Assembly (NCBI GenBank): GCA_016201505.1
Contig: JACQCQ010000002.1
Coordinates: forward strand, 12,750 to 76,749
From: Candidatus Sungiibacteriota bacterium
GTDB taxonomy: Bacteria; Patescibacteriota; Minisyncoccia; Sungbacterales; JACQCQ01
DNA: 64,000 bases
Direction of reading: 5' to 3'
Shown here one piece after another: positions 17,682 through 25,245 of this stretch; the stretch's first letter is position 1; the number at the start of each line of letters is the position of its first letter. A program made the position numbers and the translations under genes. The notes under the pieces were generated by a model. The model did not search any database. It saw only the letters and a program-made list of their open reading frames with translations, and was not told the DNA's origin.

Positions 17682-17806
17682 ACCTATATTGTACTATAGG
17701 ATGATATAGGTAAGCTCCAGCTCGTGGACGGGGTTTTCTGGCCGCTTGAGTAAAATAAAATTCCTCGTTATACTTTGAGCGCCTAATCTTAACTCTTTTA
17801 TTTTTT

Positions 17807-18328
17807 ATGATAAAAGTTGGCGCACCCGCTCCGGAGTTTACACTCCAGGGGGTCATGAACCATAAAACCAAAGCTTATTCACTCGAAAAGCAGCGCGGCA
17901 AGTGGACGGTGATTTTTTTCTATCCGCTGGATTTTACCTTTGTCTGCCCAACCGAGATTCATGGCTTTGATAACCATATTAAAGAATTTAAAGATTTGAA
18001 CGCTGATGTCTGGGGAATTTCAGTTGACTCGGTGCACTCGCATCGCGCCTGGATCGAATCTGAATTTAAGAAACTTTCTTTCCCGTTGCTTTCAGATTTT
18101 AACAAAGAAATTATTCGCGAATACGAAATTGATACCGAGGAGCCGGAGGGGACAGTGGCGCTTCGCGGGACATTTATAATCGATCCCGAAGGATTACTTC
18201 GATACGTTGTTGTATCCGATAACAATGTTGGCCGGTCGGTTGAAGAGACCATCCGCGTTTTGCAAGCTTTACAGACCGGAAAACTTTGCCCCGTCGAGTG
18301 GGCAGTCGGGGAGAAGACGCTGAATTAA
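17807..18328 (+). CDS. ahpC: 2-Cys peroxiredoxin (AhpC)
   Basis: FYPLDFTFVCPTE, RGTFIIDP, GRSVEE, LCP.EW. Confidence 0.93.
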   Translation: MIKVGAPAPEFTLQGVMNHKTKAYSLEKQRGKWTVIFFYPLDFTFVCPTEIHGFDNHIKEFKDLNADVWGISVDSVHSHRAWIESEFKKLSFPLLSDFNKEIIREYEIDTEEPEGTVALRGTFIIDPEGLLRYVVVSDNNVGRSVEETIRVLQALQTGKLCPVEWAVGEKTLN

Positions 18329-18337
18329 GAATCATGA

Positions 18338-18367
18338 GCCCAAAACCGTCTACAGGCGGTTTTGGGC
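18338..18367. terminator. Hairpin terminator
   Basis: gcccaaaaccgtc-taca-ggcggttttgggc. Confidence 0.65.
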
Positions 18368-18438
18368 GGTTTGCCACTCCCCATAAAACGCATATACTAG
18401 TCTTACTTCAATGAAAAAGGTAAAAAAAGAAACGTTTA

Positions 18439-18536
18439 CCCCACGCCATAATTAAATTTTAAGATGTCGGACAATACTTTTAAGAAAAAAGATGTTAAGC
18501 GGGTAAATTTTTCCAGACCGAACGATGGCGTGGGGG
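18439..18536. mobile_element. ~98-bp IR element inserted in the 5' end of iscS
   Basis: CCCCACGCCAT...ATGGCGTGGGG, flanked by TTTA and TGTA. Confidence 0.7.
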
Positions 18537-19837
18537 TGTATCTCGACTACGCCGGCGCGACACCGATGGATCCAGAGGTGAAACACGCCATGGAGCCATA
18601 TTTCGAGGATAAGTTCGGCAATCCCGCCGCGCTCTATCGAGACGGACGCCTGGCGAAAGACGCGATTGATGAATCACGCAAAACGATTGCGCGGATTTTG
18701 AATTGCCGCGAATCGGAAATTATTTTTACCGCCGGATCGACGGAGGCCGATAACATTGCATTGTTCGGCGTGGCTGAAGCTGTGGCGGGGAATAGGGCAT
18801 GGGGCATAGGGAATGGAAACGGGCATCTGATTATTTCGGCCATCGAGCATCATGTGGTCTTAAATTCTGCCGAGGCTTTAAAACGGAAAGGCTTTGAAGT
18901 CTCGCTTGCTCCGGTTGATGCAGAGGGCATCGTAAACCTGGATGAATTAAAAAAATTAATTCGGTCGGATACATTTTTAGTTTCCGTCATGTACGCTAAT
19001 AATGAGATCGGCACCATCCAGCCGCTTTATGAAATCGGGAAAATAATAAAACAGGTCCGCGAGGCTCGAAAAGCATCGGGCAACAATCTGCCAATTTATT
19101 TTCACTCGGACGGGGCGCAGGCCGTGGGCGCTTGTGATTTGGACACGCAAAAACCCGGCCTTGATTTATTTGTGATTTCTGGATCCAAGATTTATGGGCC
19201 GAAAGCCATCGGCGCCCTTTATATACGAAGAGGCACGCCAGTCAGGCCGATGTTTTTCGGCGGCGGGCAGGAGAATAATTTGCGCTCCGGCACGGAAAAT
19301 GTTCCAGCGATCGTGGGACTGGCGAAAGCGCTCGAACTCGCCGAAGCCAAAAGGAATCCGCCGACTGGCGGAGAAAATACGCGGCTCATCAAATTACGCG
19401 ACTATTTCATCAAACGGCTTGTAACAGAAATCCCCAAAACAATTTTAAACGGGCACGCGACACGGCGCCTCCCCAATAACGTGAACGTCTCGATCTTGGA
19501 TATTGAAGGCGAGGCGGCAGTCTTATATTTAGATGCGCACAGCATCTCGATTTCCACCGGCTCGGCCTGCACCTCGCTGACACTTGATCCCTCGCACGTC
19601 ATTTTGGCGCTTGGCCGCCCCTATGAGCACGCGCATTCGTCGCTCCGGTTTTCGCTCGGCCGCAAGACGACGAAAGAAGACATTGATTATGTGATGGAAG
19701 TTTTGCCTCAAGTTATCGCGCGGCTCCGTCAGATTTCGCCGCTTAACATGAAGGTGGATCAAAAAGAAATTTCGCACCCCGAAGCCTTTGCGGGGCAGGG
19801 AGCGAGGGTGAAAGTGGGGGGGCAAAAATATAAATAA
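18464..19837 (+). CDS. iscS: Cysteine desulfurase (IscS/NifS type)
   Basis: YLDYAGATP, IEHH, ANNEIGTIQP, KIYGPK, RSGTEN, STGSAC; current start lies inside the IR element. Confidence 0.95.
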   Translation: MSDNTFKKKDVKRVNFSRPNDGVGVYLDYAGATPMDPEVKHAMEPYFEDKFGNPAALYRDGRLAKDAIDESRKTIARILNCRESEIIFTAGSTEADNIALFGVAEAVAGNRAWGIGNGNGHLIISAIEHHVVLNSAEALKRKGFEVSLAPVDAEGIVNLDELKKLIRSDTFLVSVMYANNEIGTIQPLYEIGKIIKQVREARKASGNNLPIYFHSDGAQAVGACDLDTQKPGLDLFVISGSKIYGPKAIGALYIRRGTPVRPMFFGGGQENNLRSGTENVPAIVGLAKALELAEAKRNPPTGGENTRLIKLRDYFIKRLVTEIPKTILNGHATRRLPNNVNVSILDIEGEAAVLYLDAHSISISTGSACTSLTLDPSHVILALGRPYEHAHSSLRFSLGRKTTKEDIDYVMEVLPQVIARLRQISPLNMKVDQKEISHPEAFAGQGARVKVGGQKYK

Positions 19838-19987
19838 GTTCGCTGCCGTTTCTGCAATACATGCCAAAATTCAATGTAAAGAATTTTGCCCTCACGCTCG
19901 TCATAACTCCGCGATGATTTCAGAAACGGCAGCTTCACAAGAGCTGGCTGTAGGTATTCAAAAGAAGTAAATAATAATTTTGTAAAA

Positions 19988-21781
19988 ATGCCTGAACCGA
20001 TCGACGTCATAAACCAATATACGGGTGAAAAATGGTATTACTCGGATCAGGTAAAGGATCACTTTTTTAATCCGCGGAATTTGCTGCTCGACGACCCAAA
20101 AGAAGGCGAGTATAACGCGATGGGGCTCGTCGGGAGCCCGGCCTGTGTTGATCCCGCCACTTTAATTCAGACTAATCCCGCGTCGAAGAGAATTGATGAG
20201 GTATCTAAAAAGGAAAAGGTTCTAGGCCATGACGGTTATTTTCATTCAGTAGAAAGAATTTTTAAGCCTCGCTATGCGAGTGAAGTGATAAAAATAAAAA
20301 ATCAGCTGGGAACATTATCGGCGAGTCCCGACCATTTAATATTTGCCATACAAATCCCTCGAACAAAATCAAAATTCTTTCATACCTATCGAAAAAAGAA
20401 ACTTCCGATTTCCTGGGTCCATGCGGGTGATTTAAAAAAAGGAGATATTGTTCTCTATCCAATTCCGCAAGAAGTGCGGGAAATGAAAGAAATTGTTCTG
20501 CCTGAATTTGTAAAAAAAGTCTGGGATTTTAAAAGTAAATCATTGCCGTCTCGCATCCCGATTCAAAAAGATCTTTTGGAGCTTTTTGGCTACTTTGTGG
20601 CAGAAGGACACACGAGAGATAGCGGAAAAGAGGCGGGATTTACGTTTAGTATTAACGAGAAGATATTTGCTGAGCGTGTTAGATTCTTGGCGCGGAAATA
20701 TTTTCATGTCGAGTCCGTCATTCGTGAGCGGAGAGAAAGTAATCGCATCGATGTCGCAATCTACAGCGTCCAGCTTTCAAGACTTTTCCGTGAGTGGTTT
20801 GGATCAGGCGCTGCAGAAAAGCGTGCACCAGGATGGCTGATGTTTCTTTCACCTGAACTGCAGGCAGGATTTATCCGCGGCATCTGGCGCGGCGACGGGT
20901 ATTTTAATGCAATCCGATCACAACCTCGAGCTGGTTTTGCGACGATTTCAAGAACTCTTATTCATCAAATGCGCTGGCTTCTTCTACGACAAAAAATTGC
21001 GCCGTCGTTCTATCGCGGACAAGCTTCCATCAAAAAAGGAGTTTCTCATAAAGCTTCATATCGGATTCATATTGGTGGTATGAATTCGCTCGAACGGCTT
21101 GCGGCAATTTTGGAAATTCCCTTTTCTCGAGATGTGAGTAAGCAACACGCCGAAGAAGTTTGGTTTGATGAAGAGTATATGTATCTTCCAATTCGGAATT
21201 GTACCATCGGAACTTTTAGCGGCAGACTCGCTAATTTTGAAGTGGCAGAATCTCATTCATATACAACTGATGCTTTTCTTGTTCATAACTGCGGCGATAT
21301 GATGCACATTTGGATGAAAATTAATCCGGAGTCGGAGCGGGTGACTGATTTAAAGTGGCGCACCTTCGGCTGCGGTTCGGCGATTGCCGCAACCTCGATG
21401 TTTTCGGTGATGGTAACGGAGAGCGGCGGGAGGACTTTGGAAGAGGCGCGCGGCATCAAGCCCCAACACATCATGGAGCGGCTCGGCGGACTGCCCAATC
21501 GAAAAATTCACTGCTCGGTCTTGGTAGATAAAGCCTTCCAGAAAGCGGCTAATGATTATTTTAGAAAAATCGGGAAGTACGAAAAGATTGTCGTTGAGGG
21601 CGCCAAAGTCATTGATGCGGGAACGCAGACGACCGATAAAGATATTGAGGAGGCGGTGCTGGAGGGCGCGGTTGATTTGGATGCGGTTCAGAAAAAGTTA
21701 AAAGTCGGCATCGGCAATCCAGAAATAATTCCCGAAGTCGAGCAACTCATCCGCTTCTATAAAGAGAAGTACTACGGCTAG
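19988..21781 (+). CDS. iscU: IscU/NifU-N Fe-S scaffold precursor containing an intein; C-terminal BFD-like domain
   Basis: YSDQVKDHFFNPRN, GSPA|...|CGD, TFGCGSAIA, KIHCSVL. Confidence 0.92.
   Translation: MPEPIDVINQYTGEKWYYSDQVKDHFFNPRNLLLDDPKEGEYNAMGLVGSPACVDPATLIQTNPASKRIDEVSKKEKVLGHDGYFHSVERIFKPRYASEVIKIKNQLGTLSASPDHLIFAIQIPRTKSKFFHTYRKKKLPISWVHAGDLKKGDIVLYPIPQEVREMKEIVLPEFVKKVWDFKSKSLPSRIPIQKDLLELFGYFVAEGHTRDSGKEAGFTFSINEKIFAERVRFLARKYFHVESVIRERRESNRIDVAIYSVQLSRLFREWFGSGAAEKRAPGWLMFLSPELQAGFIRGIWRGDGYFNAIRSQPRAGFATISRTLIHQMRWLLLRQKIAPSFYRGQASIKKGVSHKASYRIHIGGMNSLERLAAILEIPFSRDVSKQHAEEVWFDEEYMYLPIRNCTIGTFSGRLANFEVAESHSYTTDAFLVHNCGDMMHIWMKINPESERVTDLKWRTFGCGSAIAATSMFSVMVTESGGRTLEEARGIKPQHIMERLGGLPNRKIHCSVLVDKAFQKAANDYFRKIGKYEKIVVEGAKVIDAGTQTTDKDIEEAVLEGAVDLDAVQKKLKVGIGNPEIIPEVEQLIRFYKEKYYG
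20144..21289 (+). mobile_element. Intein (382 aa) with LAGLIDADG homing endonuclease
   Basis: Begins CVDPATLI, block B ASPDH, LAGLIDADG-like FGYFVAEG and FIRGIWRGDG, ends FLVHN before +1 Cys. Confidence 0.95.
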
Positions 21782-21925
21782 CAGCGAGGGAAAAATGAAA
21801 ATATCAATTTTCATTTTGGCCGAGCGAACTAGCCGATGAGCGGAGCGAGTGCAAGGAGCAGCGAGGGAAAAATTAAAATATCAATTTTCATTTTGGCCGA
21901 GCGAACTAGCCGATGAGCGGAGCGA
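21780..21925. repeat. Tandem 69-bp direct repeat (two copies, period 77) with an internal hairpin
   Basis: agcagcgagggaaaaatgaaaatatcaattttcattttggccgagcgaactagccgatgagcggagcga at 21780 and 21857; one mismatch. Confidence 0.9.
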
Positions 21926-21985
21926 ATACAGCTCCCCTCCCCCGCGTTAAGAGGTTTTAGTGAATAAAATAACAAGACCCGGCGA

Positions 21986-22246
21986 TTACTTCTTCGCCAG
22001 GTCTTTGGCCTCTTTGGGGACGGCGCACTTCATGGTGCCGCGCTGCCAGCCTCGGAGGCCGGCCGCCAGCAGGCGTATCGTGAGCCAGCCGCATTCGGCC
22101 AGCAGGATCGGCAGGCCGGCCGCCAGGCAGAAGAACTTCTCTGTCTTTGTCATCGGCTCTTTGCGGTATTTCTCGATAAGCCGCAAGAGACGATGATTAA
22201 CGCCGACGTAGAGGCAGAACGACACGATCGCGATCGCGAGGCGCAC
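21986..22246 (-). CDS. Small hypothetical membrane protein
   Basis: Two hydrophobic segments; SD GGAGGTG before a GTG start. Confidence 0.45.
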   Translation of the reverse strand: MRLAIAIVSFCLYVGVNHRLLRLIEKYRKEPMTKTEKFFCLAAGLPILLAECGWLTIRLLAAGLRGWQRGTMKCAVPKEAKDLAKK

Positions 22247-22466
22247 CGCTTTTCACCTCCTTCGAGGCCGATGCCGCGTGGAGTCCCCCGTCGATGTAGC
22301 GAACTCCTTCCCAGAGCACGATGACGACTGGGGCGAGCCCGAAGAAACCGTACATCTGGTCTCGATAGCCGATGAGGATCGCGAGGATGTTGAGCGACCA
22401 AACGATGAGAGGCGAGAGGATTGTGATCAGCACAATCATCCCCAACTTGAAAGCCAGAGAGCCCAT
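22197..22466 (-). CDS. Small hypothetical membrane protein
   Basis: MGSLAFKLG...; two TM helices; SD GGAGG upstream. Confidence 0.5.
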   Translation of the reverse strand: MGSLAFKLGMIVLITILSPLIVWSLNILAILIGYRDQMYGFFGLAPVVIVLWEGVRYIDGGLHAASASKEVKSGAPRDRDRVVLPLRRR

Positions 22467-22534
22467 AGTTCCTCCATGTCGAAGTTCGCCACTTGATTGC
22501 GAAAGATCCGCGTTTATACCTACAATGTACAGGT

Positions 22535-22786
22535 ATGGAGAGTCAAGCGCCAGATATAAAGCCCAAAAAAATTGGGAAGATCGTTGTCGATCGCAATTTG
22601 TGCATCGGCGCGGCCTCATGCGTGGCTGTCGCTCCCGGTGTTTTTGAGTTGGACGGCGAAAATAAGGCCGTGGTGCATAATCCGGAAGGTGCGGATTTTG
22701 AGACCATCATGCTGGCCGCCAAATCCTGCCCGACGATGGCGATTTATGTTTTCGATACGGAGGGGAATCAGATTTACCCCGTTTAG
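22535..22786 (+). CDS. Mono-cluster [3Fe-4S]-type ferredoxin
   Basis: CIGAASC...CPTMAI (the second Cys of the CxxCxxC motif is replaced by Ala). Confidence 0.9.
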   Translation: MESQAPDIKPKKIGKIVVDRNLCIGAASCVAVAPGVFELDGENKAVVHNPEGADFETIMLAAKSCPTMAIYVFDTEGNQIYPV

Positions 22787-22880
22787 AAAATTTAACTTGT
22801 GACAGTAATATTGTTGTACATGTTATTGGGATTCTATGCCTTGAGTTTTGTAAGAGCTACGTATAAATTTTCTAACGGGG
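22777..22880. mobile_element. ~104-bp MITE-like IR element inserted in the 3' end of the ferredoxin gene
   Basis: CCCCGTTTAGAAAATTT...AAATTTTCTAACGGGG, flanked by TTTA and TGTA; displaced TAT CCG GAG TAA follows. Confidence 0.78.
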
Positions 22881-22903
22881 TGTATCCGGAGTAAGGTAAA
22901 ATG

Positions 22904-23008
22904 CTAAATCCGAAGCACGAAGCACTAAACAAATTCTAATGACAAAAATCCAAAGCTCAAAACGTTTAGAATTTAAGGTTTTGAATTTAGATATTGTTTC
23001 GGATTTCG
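22904..23008. repeat. Degenerate ~7-mer tandem array with an inverted counterpart
   Basis: aaatccg aagcacg aagcact aaacaaattcta ... tagatattgtttcggatttcg. Confidence 0.55.
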
Positions 23009-23020
23009 CATGCCGAATTT

Positions 23021-23338
23021 ATGAGAATAGCGTGTAAAGTCGATGATGCGGGATTAAATTCTCGCGGCTGGAAAGTATTTGATTGTTTCGGCGGGAAAAC
23101 CTGTCTTGTTATTAAAGAGGGCGAGGCATATCGGGGGTTTGTAAACACCTGTCCACATATGCAAGGCGAAGTGCGTCCGTGGGATAAGACAACGGGCGAG
23201 CGCGTGTTACAATGCAAGACGCACGGCGCCGAGTTTGATTACGCAACAGGCGCGCGCCTTTCTGGCCCGCCGCCGGAAGGCTCGAGTCTTCGCGCCTTAC
23301 AATTTTTTGTCGAGCAGGACGTCATTTATTATAAATAA
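23021..23338 (+). CDS. Rieske [2Fe-2S] ferredoxin
   Basis: NTCPHM...QCKTHGAEFD..TG..LSGP. Confidence 0.9.
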   Translation: MRIACKVDDAGLNSRGWKVFDCFGGKTCLVIKEGEAYRGFVNTCPHMQGEVRPWDKTTGERVLQCKTHGAEFDYATGARLSGPPPEGSSLRALQFFVEQDVIYYK

Positions 23339-23375
23339 TCTTAATTCTTTATTCTTAATTCATAATTCTACGCAC

Positions 23376-23969
23376 ATGGATCTAAAGCCGTTAAAATATA
23401 CTTCACTCGAAGGACTGTCCGAGAAGCAGTTAAAAGAACACCACGACGTGTTGTATGCCGGGTATGTTAAAAAGACGAATGAAATTCGTGAGGCGCTGGC
23501 CAACGTCGATCTTGCAAAATCGAATGCCACATTTTCAGATTTGCGTGAGCTGAAATTAGAAGAGACCTTCGCCCTAAACGGTGTCAAATTGCACGAGGCT
23601 TATTTTGACAATATGGCGGCGGGGAAAGTCTCCGGGGGTCTCGCAAAAAAATGGATCGAGGAGGATTTTGGTTCATTTGAAAAATGGGCCGAAGATTTTA
23701 AGGCGACCGGCATCGGCGCGCGCGGCTGGGTGGTGCTGGCCTTTGACCTCGATGAAGGAAAACTGCGAACATTTCTCTGCGATGCGCACAATCAGGGCGG
23801 CGTCTGGAATACTATTGCGCTGCTTATCATGGATGTTTACGAGCACGCGTATTTTATTGACTACGCCACCGGGAGAAAGAACTACATAGAAACTTTTATG
23901 AAATTAATTGATTGGGGAGAGGTCAATCGGAGACTTGGGCTTTACGGACTCGAAAAGTTTAGAAAGTAA
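23376..23969 (+). CDS. Fe/Mn superoxide dismutase family protein
   Basis: EHHDVLY.GYV, LHEAYF, DFGSFEKW, MDVYEHAYFIDY. Confidence 0.92.
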   Translation: MDLKPLKYTSLEGLSEKQLKEHHDVLYAGYVKKTNEIREALANVDLAKSNATFSDLRELKLEETFALNGVKLHEAYFDNMAAGKVSGGLAKKWIEEDFGSFEKWAEDFKATGIGARGWVVLAFDLDEGKLRTFLCDAHNQGGVWNTIALLIMDVYEHAYFIDYATGRKNYIETFMKLIDWGEVNRRLGLYGLEKFRK

Positions 23970-23994
23970 TCTGTTGCGGCGGATAAAAAAAGAT

Positions 23995-24024
23995 CCCCGG
24001 GCCGCGTGTCTACGCGGCCCGGGG
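23995..24024. terminator. Hairpin between convergent genes
   Basis: ccccgggccgcgt-gtct-acgcggcccgggg preceded by an A-tract. Confidence 0.7.
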
Positions 24025-24039
24025 GTGAGCCCCGGAGTG

Positions 24040-24537
24040 TCATCTGACTGTCTCGTAAAATAACAGATTGTGATCGATCCCGGCCTCGAAATCAACCAGT
24101 GGCGGCAAATCCTTGCCCTCGCTGGGCTTTCGGAAATAGAGCTCGAGCGCCAGCTCCCCGAAAATTCCCGCCTCGAGTAGTTCGCTGGCGACAAGGCGTC
24201 TCGCCCGCAGTTCCGTGCGGCAATCCTCGAACTCGACCGACTCAATCTCGCTCTCCATGAGGGGGATGAGACGCAAGGTGTAGCCGAGGACGAGGCCTGA
24301 TTTGTTTTTCACCTCACGCACCTCTGCGGCCAGCATGAGGTAGTCCGTCTTTGATTCGATCTGCAGTCGAATCCGTGCGGCCAGCAGGTTGCGAACGATG
24401 TCCTCCAGCCTGGTCTTTCCAACCGATGAGGCCGAGGCCAAGAGGTGATCAGCGTTGATCACCGGCCAATGAATGATCGGCCCGCCATCGACTAGGAGGT
24501 TACCGGAAACCGAGTCGCCATTTCTTGTAACGCGCAT
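24040..24537 (-). CDS. Hypothetical protein
   Basis: GC-rich ORF with strong SD (AAGGAG) before ATG CGC GTT. Confidence 0.55.
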   Translation of the reverse strand: MRVTRNGDSVSGNLLVDGGPIIHWPVINADHLLASASSVGKTRLEDIVRNLLAARIRLQIESKTDYLMLAAEVREVKNKSGLVLGYTLRLIPLMESEIESVEFEDCRTELRARRLVASELLEAGIFGELALELYFRKPSEGKDLPPLVDFEAGIDHNLLFYETVR

Positions 24538-24637
24538 GCTTTCTCCTTTTGCTCCGGGGATGAAATAGGACGCCATAAACATTGACACTTTGCAAGCTTA
24601 TTGTCAAATGGAACGCAAAATGGCATAGTAAAAAATC

Positions 24638-24865
24638 ATGGACCAAGTACCGATCAAGAAACAGCGCCTCTACTACGCGGCACTGGCCGTCGCCATTTTA
24701 AATCCGATTCTTTCAGGACTGATTTTGGGTATCGCCATGCTGCGCGAGCCGAATTTAAAACATGAAGGCAGGATTGTGCTTATGTTTTCTGTTGTCTGGG
24801 GCACCCTGGTTTTACTGCTGGTGGGGAAATACAATAGCCAAATCGTTTCATTTTTCCAGAATTAG
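24638..24865 (+). CDS. Small two-TM membrane protein
   Basis: 75 aa with two hydrophobic helices. Confidence 0.65.
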   Translation: MDQVPIKKQRLYYAALAVAILNPILSGLILGIAMLREPNLKHEGRIVLMFSVVWGTLVLLLVGKYNSQIVSFFQN

Positions 24866-24871
24866 ACGCGG

Positions 24872-24973
24872 TCCCGTTAGAAAATTAAGCTGTATCTCGC
24901 AGAAAATAAATGACGAAAATTTTAGAAGAAATCAGAAATTACATTAAAGTCACTGGTTAATTTTCTAACGGGA
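24872..24973. mobile_element. ~102-bp MITE-like IR element abutting the nfu start codon
   Basis: Perfect 17-bp IR TCCCGTTAGAAAATTAA / TTAATTTTCTAACGGGA; the final A is the A of the ATG. Confidence 0.8.
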
Positions 24974-25197
24974 TGAAAGAAGCCATTGAACAAGCGCTGG
25001 ATTCAGTCCGTCCCATGCTCGCCCTCCATCGCGGCGGCGTGGATTTTGTTGCCTATAATGAAGAGACCAAAACCGTCCAGGTCAGGTTAAAGGGAACGTG
25101 TCACGGCTGTCCGCTGTCGAGCCTCACCTTAAAAGCTGGCATCGAGGAGATTTTAAAAGAGAAGGTTCCGGGGGTGCTCTATGTTGAGTCGGTGTAA
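24973..25197 (+). CDS. NifU C-terminal (Nfu) domain protein
   Basis: VRPML..H.GGV...V.LKGTCHGCP.S.LTLK.GIE. Confidence 0.9.
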   Translation: MKEAIEQALDSVRPMLALHRGGVDFVAYNEETKTVQVRLKGTCHGCPLSSLTLKAGIEEILKEKVPGVLYVESV

Positions 25198-25245
25198 TAT
25201 CGCTTGGATTTTTTTGTAAGTAATAGGTGCTTTCAAGGTACCCGC

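Noticed and set aside
21780-21925. Possible CRISPR array
   Set aside because: Only two 69-bp units separated by 8 bp, with no unique spacers and no cas genes in the window.
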